Shown here: piece by piece, positions 28,283-41,391 of the stretch | Position numbering within the stretch: position 1 is the first letter of the stretch | Layout of the letters: every line of letters begins with the position of its first letter | Assembly: GCA_012295275.1 (NCBI GenBank) | Contig: CM022672.1 | Span: 19,778,001 to 19,842,000 of the forward strand | From: Chrysomallon squamiferum | Lineage: Eukaryota; Animalia; Mollusca | DNA length: 64,000 nucleotides | Direction: 5' to 3' | Translations under genes and position numbers: made by a program | Notes under the pieces: model-generated | The model's database searches: none | What the model was told of the DNA's origin: nothing | Seen by the model: only the letters and a program-made list of their open reading frames with translations

Positions 28283-31200
28283 CAAACGAACGAATTAAGC
28301 AAAAATATATCGAACAAAGTCGGACATAAAGACAGAAAAACATACACATTCACACACGTATACATACATCCATGCACGCACATTCATTTTATTATTATTA
28401 TAATCATCATCATCATCATTATTATTATTATTATTATTATTAACGTTTGGTTGTCGTTGCTGTGATTGTAGTTGTCGTTTCATTAGCAATTACAGTCTTA
28501 TTAAATTTGTTCTATCTTTTTATTTATTTCTTTCATGTACTTGATATATGGAATTTTATTGATTTATCGTTGGAATGTCATAGTGTAATACAGAATTCAT
28601 ACATGATTCATTGTGTAGGAATCCATTCCATTCATAACAAGAAGTATTGCTTACACTGAAATCTATGCGTATTTTGATATTTATCTCTCTCTAAAAATAA
28701 CAGTTCAAATTATCACCATTCACAGTATGAGGTATTTCAAATACCTTCCACGATCAATGTAATATACTATATTTAAATACAGTAATATATATATATATAT
28801 ATATAGTTATGAATTTATGACGATGACGATATTAATGATGGTGAGTTGATCTGTATGGTCATAGTGATAACAATATACCATTATTATTATCGTCATAGAC
28901 ATAAATTCATAACTATGAAATACTGACAGTTAATACTATCAGAAACATGTATTTTGGATTACGTTTATCAATCGTACTTAAAATACACTTTTCACGACGT
29001 TTTCAACACGTATATGTTGATAATTAACGTGTCAGTACTACTTTGATTTCAAAGACTGCCACGGCTGCGGATCGATCTCACAAATCTACGCTTTACCAGT
29101 TACACAGCACATAACTCATTCCGGTCCTACTGGGGGAATTTCTGGCTGTGGATACCAGCAGCACTCAGATAAGTTCTCGGGCAGCGAGGAGGTTAAACGC
29201 ATTCCACTGCATTAATCAACCTGCAGAAGTCGTTTAAATTTTTACCATCAATATCTGATATCGCAACCAATATCCTATCTGAACGTAAGGCAGGGATATC
29301 TGTCAAGATTGGCCTTAACATCGATCGACGTCCCCTCTTGCGCGGTACGTCCGTACATCAGAGTTATTTTTGCTTGTCCGCCCGTGTTATCGAGTGATGC
29401 CTGTGTCGTTTCTGAAATATGGACGTTTCGCCCGAGTTGTAACTTTCGATTACGAAAAGGGAACTCGACAAGAAGGTCTAGTGGTAAACATTCAAAAGTC
29501 ATTTCGTCATTTAATGCATCACTCACTGATCTGATGTTTGATCAAATGCTGGGCTTTGACCTCTCGGGGGGATTTTTTTCGGAGTATGTCAGATTCCGCC
29601 GCAAGTTTAGTTCTGCTGGAGAGTTATTGAAGGACAATTAGTCTGTTTTGTGAACGCGAAGAACAATGTTTACATATAGCTCTTTGTATTCTTATTTATT
29701 ATACCCGTGTGTGTTTGTGTCTGTCTGTCTATCTCTATCTATCTGTCTATCTATCTATCTAATCTATCTATCTGTCTATGTCTGTCTGTCTGTATGTCTG
29801 TTTGTCTTCTATCTCTATCTCTCTATACATCTACCTGTCTACCAACCCATCCATCCATCCATCTATGTGTTTGTGTATTCTGATACATAGTTTTTTGGGG
29901 GGTGGTTTACAGATACGGATTCATAATCTAGATGACAACATATCATTTTTATATCAGTGTTGCAATATTTTAATGATGTATCTTGATATTCGACAAGCTT
30001 TAATAACTAAATTTAGCACTCATAGACCCCCATACATACCCACACCCACATACACACACATCCACAAGTACGATGATTCTCCGAACAAGAAATCATACCA
30101 AGGACTGAGCTTATGATACAGCAGTCGTTATAAAGAAAACAGGCAAGAAACTGGAGATTAACGTATCAAAACGTTGTCTAATTTGCACCGGAACGCCACC
30201 GTAGCTGACGTTCGATGTGGTCAGCAGCTTAAATTTAAATCCTTCGGAAGTTTCAGTGCAAAATTCTTTACGAAGCAACATTAAGAAAACTGTCATAGTC
30301 AATCATTTGTTCAGACTGTGCTGAAACGTATTGCGTCATTTGGAAAACAAGAAGATTTATTTTATTTTATTTTATTTTATTTTATTTCGTTTTGTTTTGC
30401 TTTGTTTGTTTGTTTCTGGATCCTGAATCATTAACTAACATTAATTGTAGCTCCTTTGATGTGATATGTTTTTTTTTTTTTTTTTGTAACTGAAAGATGA
30501 TGATGCTTTGAAATAATTTTTTGTTTGTTTTGAAAATCAGTTTTTACAATCATGAAGTTCAAAGTAATTACTGTTTTAGCATCTTCGTTTGTGGCACAGA
30601 GGTTTTCTCAATTATTTCTCACAATTCTTACGAAACGAAACTTAATCATCTCACCGCTGAGATCATTTCTCGTTTGTCTGTGCCAAACTAATGTATTCAT
30701 TCATCTGTTAAAATGAACCGAATTATATTGAATTTTTTTTTTAATGTAGGATAACCGCTAATTAATCATTTCACACATACAGACAAATGAACTCTCGAAC
30801 ACAGGACATAATTTCTGTATCAACACCTGCAGTTTTTAACTACATCGTATTAACAAGAAAGATGTTGTTGACCTACGTTGAAACATGCTGTAATCACAAC
30901 TTTTATTATACGGATAAGCCAGGTGTTTGCTCTTAGAAGCAATGACCCTTGTGACGACGTACATATTTACTATGGTTTCTTTTGATAAACAAAAGAGAAC
31001 AAAAAAGTCAAGAACTCGAACCAAAATTCTTATTCACTTTCTTCCTCAATATCAAAGGGGTAAAAAAGAAAGGAGGAAATGTTTTATTAACGAGGCAGTT
31101 AAAGTTGTAATCTAACGTTCTATGGTGGTCATTCATATGATTAAAGGCCACAGAGATAATGAAAGAAAGCTCACCGACAGTTCGAACTGGGCTGGAGAAT

Positions 31201-32847
31201 TTCAGATGAACCTTCTCATATGCAGAAAAGAACATATCTTGTCCTTTGATTAAAAAATAAAAGTCGCCAGCAGCTAGCGGAGCATGAAAAAGCCAAATGA
31301 GGGCAGCCAGGAGGATTGATCTTTTGACCAATAGCTGCGTCGGTTAGAGCTCTACTACCAAATTAGACTCAGACCACTTAAACACTGATTTCAGACATGT
31401 AACTATTTGATGACTCAGCGATGGATTCGAATGTGTGCTGCTTATTTCAGATATGAATAAAAGTATGAAACGCGGCAGCGCAGCTGAAAAATACAATATT
31501 TAATTCAAAGGTTAAAGTATGGATCAATTACAGAATCTCATCTCGGATGTAGTAAATGAAACCTTTCAATGGTCATCTGACAAAGCCAATTTTCAGTGAG
31601 ATTTCGATGCCTTGCAGTTGCTGTTTTCTTCCGCAGTCTCCTCGTAGAGGAATTACTGCCTGTTATGTGCACTGTTTTGTCAGGGATGACCATCATGTTG
31701 GATTACAGATTTCGCTTTCCTTAATTTAAGCAACCTGACATCGTCTTAACGTTAAATGTGTCATTTGCTTCTATAATTAATCAGACTGAATCCGAGTATA
31801 ACCATCGTTTCCAGTCAATAGTAATTATTAAGACCCCGAAGCAGTCAAATAGAAGTGTGTAAAATTAATGTTTTATTTATAAGATCCGCGTGATATATTT
31901 AACAGTTATTCATTCAAATGCATAGTATTCAGTTCAACGTAAAATAATTGTAGGCAATAACAAATGATGTTCAGTATTAATGACGGCATGTAATGTTGAG
32001 TTTCTTGCAGAACATTTACCTCTCTGTTAATATTCACGAAGTGCAAGTTCTACAGCAGAGAAGAGTCACCCTAGTACAAAATAATAATTCACTGCTGATG
32101 AGCAAGTTAGGGTCTGTGACAGGCCAGTCTTCCGCAGTTCGGTGGGATCTGTACGATAATTAATTGTTTGCTTCAGTTGATATGCTGCAAGAGACATTAT
32201 TTATAACTGATATCTTAGAACGTCTTAGGCTATAGATAGATAAAATCTGTCACCCTGGCCTCCTTCTGTAATATCTATATATATATATATATAAAAAATT
32301 CTTGCTTAAATTATGATGTTTGTTTATAATTAGAGTAAATATCTGAGATAGGCTGGAATACAATTCAGAGGTGGAATCAAAGTTAGAGTTACACTGCAAA
32401 AAGGGTTACGGTTAAATCAGGGTTAGAAGCAATTAGGTAAAAGCCAGAAATATAATCCGGATAGGTCTTGCGATATTATAAAAAGTATTTTCAAAACATC
32501 CGACGCTTGGTTTTTCTTTTATTACAAATCCAATCCGCTTATGCATATTCCCATGTTCATATTACTCAGACATACTTACATGAACAGCGTTAGTTTACCA
32601 TCGTGTTAAGTTGTATAAAATGTTGCATCATAAATTATTCTTGATATGTCATGGATTACGTCATGAGGGAAAACAAATTTCAGTTCAGTCGGTTAGAGTT
32701 ACATTAATACTGTTGTTTGTTTAGATTTAGGTTACAGTTAGACTGGGATTAGAGGAATCTTGGCTTTACAACAAGGGGGCAAATAAGCTATCTTTCAGTT
32801 ATTTCCATCATTATTTTTAAAGGAACAATTTATTATTATTATTATTA

Positions 32848-32889
<42 letters not shown>

Positions 32890-33470
32890 CATCATCATCA
32901 TCATTTTGTTGTTGTTGTTGTTGTTGTTGTTAGTTATATCTGCATAAACTCACGTTTCCATGGTGATACTTTTCAGCTTCGTCAGGAAATTTCAGCTTCT
33001 TGTTGGCAGAAACATTGTTAATGAAATTGCAAAACCATATTACGAGGATTTTTTGTTCGTAATCGCGAAGGGAGCAGAAAATAACACGAAGAGACGTTTT
33101 GAAAATTTCTCTAATCCTGCCTTCTGACAACTCCTCTAAAAGCTTTGCGACAGACTTACATACAATTAAGATGAGATCAAATATTGAGACATGCGTAAAG
33201 AATCTGTTTAGAAAGCTTTATACGTTGCGTTCTTACGGTGAGTGTTGGACTTTTGTTGTCGTTTTAAGCATCTTGTTGTTCACACATTAAAAGATAACAC
33301 TCTGTATTTTTACTGCTGGTTTTTATTATTACAAGATATTATTACACGTGGGCTGAGTGAGTGAATGAATGTTTATTTCTTCAACCAAACATCTACAAGT
33401 CCGAACATTAAAACAGTTTTCAAGTGTGTTTTTTTGTTGTTGTTGTTGTTGTTGTTGCTGTTGTTATCAA

Positions 33471-33743
33471 CAGTGTCGTGGTGCAGAGGGAGGTGGCCGA
33501 AGGGGCGGTGGTTCCGGGCATTGGTAATGAAATTACAAAACCATATTATGCGAAACTTAATAAATCTGGTTCATTTATATTTAAATCTGGTAACGTGTTT
33601 ATTTTATGTTTCATCTACATTTACATATACAAAATATCTTCCTTTCTCGTAATATTTCTCAGTACTAGCCGTTATACTTGAATCTTTGGGGCATACAATC
33701 AAGGAGTTGGCCCCGGGCATCACCAGACCTCTGCACGCCACTG
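33471..33743. mobile_element. Non-autonomous hAT-type DNA transposon (MITE), 273 bp
   Basis: Imperfect TIRs CAGTGTCGTGGTGCAGAGG ... CCTCTGCACGCCACTG. Exact 8-bp TSD GTTATCAA at 33463-33470 and 33744-33751. GC-rich subtermini, AT-rich core, no coding capacity. Confidence 0.85.
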
Positions 33744-33843
33744 GTTATCAACGTCGTCATCATCATCATCATCAACTGTTTATTTATTCAAACTGAATGT
33801 TGAATAACATCAATGTCATGATCTACTGTTATCGACTGTGTAT

Positions 33844-33881
<38 letters not shown>

Positions 33882-34037
33882 ATATATGTATGTGTGTGTT
33901 GGCGAACATATGTGTACTAACATATATGTACATGAATGTGTAGCATGTATCTAGATTTATATGTTTGTATCTTTATATATATGTATGTGTGTGTGTGTAT
34001 GTATGTATTTTGGAATGAATATTTGATTGTGTTGTCT

Positions 34038-34195
34038 ACGTCTGATCAGACGCTGCAGACAGACAGTATTCATGACCGCGCTGACAAATGAAGACGAAGT
34101 CCAGTCACGACTGAGAAACGTCACATACAGCTGCCGAGACTCGAACGAAAGGCACATAATCGCCTCCACTCTTCCAGGTGCCATAACAACCTTGT
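34038..34195. mobile_element. Short dispersed repeat, copy B (SINE-like)
   Basis: GACGAAGTCCAGTCACGAC...CGTCACATACAGCTG...ACTCGAACG...GGCAC is collinear with copy A, and CTGATCAGAC is shared with copy C. Confidence 0.55.
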
Positions 34196-34982
34196 GTATG
34201 TGTGCCCGTTTGTATGTATGTAAGTATGTTTGTTTGTGTGTGTGTGTATATGTATGTGTGTATGTATGTATGTATGTATGTATGCATTAGTATATTTTTG
34301 TGTCTTTGTATGTATATATGTGTGTGTATGTGTGTCTATTTGTGTTTGATGTATGTGTGTGTGTATGTGCATGTGTTTCTGCATGAATGAAATGACGTAT
34401 GTTCAAGTATATATAAACGTGTGTTTGCGACGTATGTGCAAATAAATATTACACACTTTCAAGCATCTGGGTTGTATTTTTGTGATAAGAATATGATTAT
34501 AAAAAAACGTTTTCATCGACACTTTCTTATTATCTCACAAAGGAACGGTTATGTAAAATATCTGCAGTCAAAATAAAACAACTGCTCTGAAAATACAAGA
34601 GACGCTTGAACTGCTATCTTTAACTATATGAAATAATTATACTTCAGAATCATAACAACAACAACAACAACAACAACAACACAACCAATAATAATAATTA
34701 TAAATAAATAACGTAGGGTTAATGATTATAATAGTGAAAAAGCCGTACCAAACACCTATTTTGTTTTCTGATCTATTTTGCAGCTAATACGTGAAGAGTG
34801 GTATATATGATCTTTCATCGTCGTAGAAAATATATAAAAGCAATATGTACACTATACTCTTCATTAAAAATGTATGTGAAAAGAAAACAGTTTCATTTAA
34901 CGTTAAGTTTAAGATGTAACCAGTTCAGATATTCCGATAACTGACATTTCATTAAAATAAAAGATTCATATTTCTTTTTCCG

Positions 34983-35013
<31 letters not shown>

Positions 35014-35124
35014 TGTAATCTATCTCAAAAGAACAGCTATTTTAAACTAGAGAAAAAAAACAACTTATTTTTAATTTTCAAAAACAATTTCTAATAAAAC
35101 CAAACTGAAACCATTCAAGATGAA

Positions 35125-35193
<69 letters not shown>

Positions 35194-37930
35194 AATCATC
35201 ATCATTATTATTCCTGCCTAATGTACTGTCTGTTGCTCCGGGCCATAGTTTCAGCACACCGAACATTTGCAGAAAATATATTAACCTTTACATTAAGCCA
35301 TTTAGAAAGTATAAAAATAACAGAAATGTACTTTCATGAAATTCTAAGTGTAAACCAATAATTAATTTATCATATAACAGAGACACAAAGAAGATACGAC
35401 ATCAGGTTACTGCGTCGGGAACAAATCATTTCAGCAGAACAAGATATCAAATAATGCGTTCTGTCCGAAATAAAATTCCTTAATTATATTCAGTTTATTT
35501 CTCGACGCATGTTTGTGACGCATTTTGGTCTATTGCGGTTCTTTATATATTTATTTCTATTCACCGGAAATGATGTTTTGCGCACAGGACACGTGGCTTA
35601 AGTTTCAGACAATATTTTATCCAATAATTGCTGTAAACAGTCCGTCTAATTTAGTGTTGTAAATATATATTCACTTCGTAAATAGAGCACTAAATAGAAC
35701 AGCAAAAGTTGTTTCTTATTTATGGGGCTTGGCGAGGTTTTGAACAGTCTGTAATAATTACAGTCATTTACAGATAGTCTCAGACTAATTTCCATTTGGG
35801 AAAAAAAAAAAAAATTGATAGGCTAAGAAGCAATTTTATTGTATTTATTTATTTATTTATTTATTTATTTATGTTTAGTTTGTCACTTATGTTTAGATCT
35901 TTCCTTTAACACGCTTACCACAAACATTTCTATCACAGCAGTGGTTAAAAAAAAAAAAATGTTTTAAGTTTTCAAAACTTTAGTGTTTTTCTTTTTATTA
36001 TTTTCTTCTTTTTTTTCAAGAGACACAGACAATATCTTATCTAGTTACAGTCAACAGTCCATCGAATTTTAAAATTTTATAACACCGATCATTCATATCC
36101 TGTAGAAACTTTCGTATCAGTTACACACAAAGCATTTCATTAACATTTTAACTAGATGATGACGTACCTGCAACTGTCACATGCAGACAGATCAACAGAG
36201 AAAATCTTCTAAACGTAACTGAGAATACAAGAATATCTTTTTTTTTGTTTTTTTTTTTTTTCACAAAAACTCGAAACAGAGAAGATGACGAGCTTTATTT
36301 CACTGCAGTGCATACACTTAGCAATAATAAAAGAACGAACGCAATAAATTAAGGAATAAAAGGAGATCTGAATGTATACTAATTAATGAATGAACGAAGA
36401 AATAATTAAATGAAAAAAAGATCGAATTAATGAATAGGATGCAAGGAAATGCAAGAATGAATGACAACAAAAATGATTAAATTTGTTTTCACTGAACTAA
36501 TATAAAGCAGTATAAAATATTGACTTTTTCGATGCCAGAGTAAACGAATAAATGTTATGATTATCATTTAGATTATTAAGCAGATAATTTAAACTTTTAT
36601 AATGATTTGTAATTGTGTTGTTCTTTTTTTTTTTTTCACAGGCAGCATAATCTTCTTGTAAGTGTTAACGACATTTTATACAACACGATAACGTGAAAAG
36701 CAGTATGAATATTTTATTATTCAGCAGCAAGTTAGGACTGTACTGCGCAAATGTTGTCGTATTTTATGTAATTCGTCGTTTAAAACGATGTCTTTATATG
36801 GGTATGTATTTGTTTGGTTTTGTGTGGGTGTTTTTTGTTGTTGTTGTTGTTGTTGTTGTTCTTTTGTGTACGTTTGAGTGTGTCTGATTGTGTGTTTCTG
36901 AGTTTGGTCTTTATGTATGTTAATGACTGTAAATTGGATTAGTATTTTTCATACGTTTTTCCGCTACTACTTTCTCTTTATTTTTCTCGGTTTTTATGGG
37001 TTTTATTTTTTTCCTCTTATATTCCATTTCTTATTAATGTATTAAATTAATATATCTTGTAGTAATGGCCCTTATGTAATATTTTATATATTTTACACTG
37101 TGTTTATTTCATTATTGTCTGAAGACGTCAATCAGAAGAATTCCTGCACATGAGATCAATACATTTCGAAGTCAGTATATGACAGTCTCAAAGGATGGGG
37201 AATTTTATATAAATATTACTCCTTAATGGTGGATTGATTTCAAGTTGTAATGGAGATACAATATGAAATGTACTTGAAATATAAAATACACATCAAGAAA
37301 AGACGAGAGAGTGAACGGAAGACAAAAGAAAATGAGGGTCTTAAAGAGTGCGGCAACAGGTAACTAGGCAGAGAGAAATGAAGAAAATGACGGGAGAGAC
37401 ATAGACAGAGAGACGGACAGACAAGAAAGAAACGGAGAGAATATTCGAAAAACATATATATATATATTCGTATCCATCAATTAATTACTTAATAACCATC
37501 CTTTCAAGCTACCATTTATTGTGAGAGATTCGAGTTTGAATGTTACCTCATGGATCTAATCCTAGTAGCAAAAACGTTCGGACAATCGCAACAAGAACTG
37601 ACTTCAGATTATAACAGTTGTAAATCCTGAGCTATTGCCTCTGAATGCGTCTAGAATTACTCGAAAATACGACGGACGTTCGTGAGAAATGCGAGAAGAA
37701 TGATTTACTTGGCGATATCTAGAAAGAGGTGAATAACAAATAGATCACCATAGCGAGCTTTTCTGACTATTTTATGTGCAATCTCACATGAACTTCGTAG
37801 AGTTTGACAAAGCAAAGTGATAGACGTATTTTCAGTTAAATTATTCTGAATGACTGATTCTTTGACTGATTACAAACGAGAAGAAAATACTTTCTTTTAA
37901 TTTCCTGTATATTTCAGAACTGGGAGAGTC

Positions 37931-37934
<4 letters not shown>

Positions 37935-38019
<85 letters not shown>
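37935..38019. repeat. (CT)n microsatellite
   Basis: Direct reading. Confidence 0.95.
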
Positions 38020-38022
<3 letters not shown>

Positions 38023-38797
38023 GTATTTTGCTCTATCTGTATATCTGTGTGTTTCTGTCTGTCTGCCAATTCTTCTCTCTTTCCATTCAACCTATAAATC
38101 TCTTTTTCTCACCTCTCTTGATTTCCTTTTCACTCTGACAAAATTAAATATCGTTACTGAGTGAAAGAAAATCCACCGAGTGAATCGTAACCAACTGGCA
38201 ACAAGGTTTCTTTTATTCAAACAAATCCCCACATGTTGATCCACATGATCCATAATGTGTGAAACGCATGTCAGTATAAAATCTTTTAATATTCCAGCCA
38301 TACATTAAAGGCTGGAGGGGGTAATTATCCAGATTACTTAAAAAAGAATACAGATAATGCGACCCTACCACATGCTCGATGTTCCAATATTTGAAAATTT
38401 TCTCAAGTAATATTTTTTTTTACAAATACAGGAAAATATGAGTTTAAAACTGAATGTTATGAACTTACTGACAATGGTTAAAAAATTTACTTTTTTCTTC
38501 TTTTTTTTTCTTATTACTCATTTTTCTTTTCTTTTCTTTTCTTTTATTTTAATTTTTTAAATCAAATCTGAGTAGACAGAACGTTTAAATAGCATGGTTC
38601 ATACATGAGAAAAGGTTTAGATATCCTACTGAGGAACGATCGATTTGATGGATGGATAAAAAGACACGTAGATAAATATAAACACAAATATTTTACTATT
38701 TACAGTGTACCGACAAATATATAAAATAAAAATAAACCGTTTTTTGAGTTAGCGACTTTTAACAAAAAAACAATTATTTTTATATATAAACAAAATC

Positions 38798-38806
38798 ACT
38801 TACCTT
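38798..38806 (-). other. Canonical 5' splice donor (AAG|GTAAGT), phase 0, opening a probable intron of more than 38 kb
   Basis: Plus-strand acttacctt reads AAGGTAAGT on the minus strand, a perfect donor consensus exactly where receptor similarity stops, just before TM6. Confidence 0.88.
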
Positions 38807-39574
38807 TCTCTTGTTTCTGCTTCTCACGTCCTCCGTGTTTGTAGTATTTCCCGGTGCTTGGGCACCCCATATGTGACAGCCGATTCTAAAGTAGCAGTAA
38901 CTAATGACTCCCAGAGGCATTATGTACTGAACGATCACAGAAAACAAGATCCAGTGCTCCTGCAACTTTTGCCAGCTTTCCGGGGCCAGGAAAAGGCATC
39001 TCGGGGGCTCGGAGCCGTTCTGCTTCACCCTGAAATACAGGACGCACGGCAAGCCGGACACGACGGAAAACCACCATATAGCACTGATGATAATTACAGC
39101 GGAACGTTTTGAGCAGCCGGCTTTGAACGGGTGCAACACGGCGATGTAACGATCAATGGCGATGACACTCAGGGTGATGATGCTGACGTTGACGGAGATG
39201 ATCTGAACGAACGGGGCCAGGGAACACATGAAGTTGGCCAGGACCCACCGCTGCAGCAGCGCCGCCTGGAACTGGAAGGGTATCGAAAACATGCCGATGA
39301 TGACGTCCGCTACGGCTAAATTAGCGATGAATATGTTCGTCACGCTGTGCATGCGACGGTTTTTGACAATGACAAAAATCACCAGGCCGTTCCCAATCAC
39401 TGCCAGCAGGGATATGGATCCGTACAAAAAAGCAAGCAAGACAATCAGTCCCGGCGGCACCTCGTAAGGATCTTCGGGGACAGAGGCATTCGGCACCGCA
39501 CTGGTGGAATTTACTAACACCGTTTCGTTGTCGTCGGCGTAAAGGAGATAATCGGAAATATACGAATTCGACAT
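38804..39574 (-). CDS. Lkr: First coding exon (257 codons, N-terminus to ICL3, TM1-TM5) of a leucokinin/lymnokinin receptor-like rhodopsin-family neuropeptide GPCR (tachykinin receptor-like superfamily); partial, with TM6-TM7 in downstream exon(s)
   Basis: The translation shows class A motifs: GN in TM1 (VIGNGLV), TNIFIANLAVAD in TM2, Cys at the top of TM3 (FMCS), DRY, TM4 Trp/Pro, ECL2 Cys (PPRC) and TM5 YIMP...CY. The segments YEVP.GLIVLLAFLYGSISLLAV and PFQFQAALLQRW match leucokinin/lymnokinin receptors as I recall them. N-terminal sequons are NET, NST and NAS. Start context is GAAAATG. The exon is clearly more GC-rich than its flanks and ends at RNKRK|gtaagt; the ORF-track tail VSDFVYI is intronic read-through. 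Confidence 0.93.
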
Positions 39575-39579
39575 TTTCG

Positions 39580-39606
39580 ACTTCTGTGACTTCTGTGAAA
39601 AAAATC
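39580..39606 (-). other. Possible splice acceptor(s) just upstream of the GPCR ATG (T-tract + CAG, duplicated 9-mer)
   Basis: The minus strand reads a T-tract then cacag|aagtcacag|aagtcgaaaATG, giving two CAGs 9 nt apart. This may simply be 5' UTR. Confidence 0.4.
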
Positions 39607-39608
39607 AA

Positions 39609-39639
<31 letters not shown>

Positions 39640-39929
39640 TTAATCACACGATCGTTACTCCGTATTTTCCATTAAGTGTGAAACTATGTTTTAAAACAAT
39701 TTGTACAACTGGTTTGAATTTCGTAATAAATAACTTTAAATCCGAAGTTAAAATTTTCAGAGAAATCTAATAACTGCTGCCCCCCCGACAAAAAACACTT
39801 CTTTTCCCCTTTTTGAAAAACTTTTTCTTCTTCTTCTTCTTTTTAGTTATGTTTCCGCCTCCTTTCTATCATTCTACGAAGACTGAATCTGAAGCCACAT
39901 TTAATCTGCGAGTGAAAGCAGCAAAACAT

Positions 39930-39972
39930 ACGCGCGGATCAATACGCGGTACCACGTGGTCGTTACGTCATG
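39930..39972. promoter_or_regulatory. Candidate proximal regulatory element of the GPCR (E-box palindrome + CRE-like site in a CpG-rich patch)
   Basis: ACCACGTGGT (39951-39960) lies next to TTACGTCA (39963-39970), about 380 bp upstream of the ATG. Motif evidence only. Confidence 0.3.
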
Positions 39973-40789
39973 TCTGAGGGCTGAAAGAATTCGGATAAAT
40001 CACCAAGAAGCAGAACTTGTGCACACGGAATGTACTAGCTGCCGGGTAAGACGTGTGTACGCGACACTTTCGGCAGAGGTAAACGGGGAAATGTATCTCT
40101 TACCTCTAATGGCACACAACTACAGATTAACGACGAACCGTAGTTTCTAACAGAAAAGAAAATACTTACAGTGCTGTAGTCTAGTCTGAGAAAGTCACAA
40201 TGAGGTAGCGTATGTATGTATGACTTCTGTGTGTCGAGGAAACATTCGGGTATATTCTTTCTGACATGAAAGGATGCACAAGATTGATGTGTATTTATGT
40301 TGTTTTATATATATTCTTTGTGTATGTGTAGTTATGTTCGTGTGGATGGGAAGAAGAGAAACGTGTGCGAGCTTTGTTTTCTAAAAGCTAAGAGCAGTTC
40401 AACACATACTTTAGGTTGTATGTGCGCGCGCGAGTTTGTGTGTGTATGTGTGTGTGTGTGTGTATATATATATATAGCAGAGGCGGCCATTTAAAAATGT
40501 TTTAATAATAATATACTATACATACACATGTAACAGGTGTGCATGTGTGTGTGATACAGACAGAGAGAGAGAGACAGAAGGATTTGCCTAAGGCTATAAA
40601 GTTATCGTTTCGTAGCTCCGCTTTGTAATATAATAAACAAATAAAAACGTTAAAGCACATCTGAGGTGGAAGTAAAGTTCACTCTGGTACTTGGCTGTCT
40701 ACAATATTTCTACACTTTCTAAATCGTGAAATTGCATTTGTAACACTTGTCAGAAGTTGCGACACTTGATGAAATGTTTTCCACTAAAA

Positions 40790-41360
40790 TTGAACACTGT
40801 AAGTGAAAAAAAGACATGAATTGACAAATTTCAAGTTTTTACATAAGACTGTGAGATAAGTGCAGTTTGCAGTTTCTGTAAGTGTGAGAAGTGAAATCTC
40901 AGTTTAGATAATACTGAGAAATATTTTTTTAGTTTTTAACTGTAAGACTGTGAAAAAGGTGAAAATCGTAATTTATTTAAGTAGAAATTATTTTTAATGG
41001 TTTTTTTATTGTTTTTTTAATACTGTGTTACATAAAATTGATAAAGTGAATCTGAGCTCATGTTAAACTTAAAAAAGAATAAATCTGAATTTATGCAATA
41101 TTAAGAAAATTAATCTAAGAAAAATATTTTCAGTTTGGTAAGATTGTAAAAAGAAAGAAATTTCAATTTGTGTAAAACTGAGAAAATATATTTCGGTATA
41201 TGTAAAATTCATAGAAAAAAATTATTTGTGTAATTCTGAGAAAAGAAATATCAGTTTACATAAAACAGAACTGAAAGATTTAAAATGAAAAATATATATA
41301 TATAAAAAAAAAATTTAGGTTATGTAAAACTGAGAAAAGATATATTAATTTTACATAACA

Positions 41361-41391
<31 letters not shown>

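Noticed and set aside
29275-29641. Bidirectional ORFs in a GC-richer island
   Set aside because: Non-ATG starts, an in-frame stop just upstream of the minus-strand ORF and no recognisable domain.
31008-31331. ORF with signal-peptide-like start (MVKRSILLAALIWLFHAPLAAG) and a nearby WLP codon string as the missing TM6 exon
   Set aside because: The start codon is not ATG and the rest is unrecognisable. The WLP frame reads SKDQSSWLPSF, not a hydrophobic CWxP helix.
38780-38803. C-terminal VSDFVYI-stop as the true end of the receptor
   Set aside because: It follows a perfect splice donor and would leave only five TM helices, so it is treated as intron read-through.
38858-39647. ORFs overlapping the GPCR exon on the plus strand and in another minus frame
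   Set aside because: They are shadow ORFs caused by the GC-rich codon usage of the real exon.
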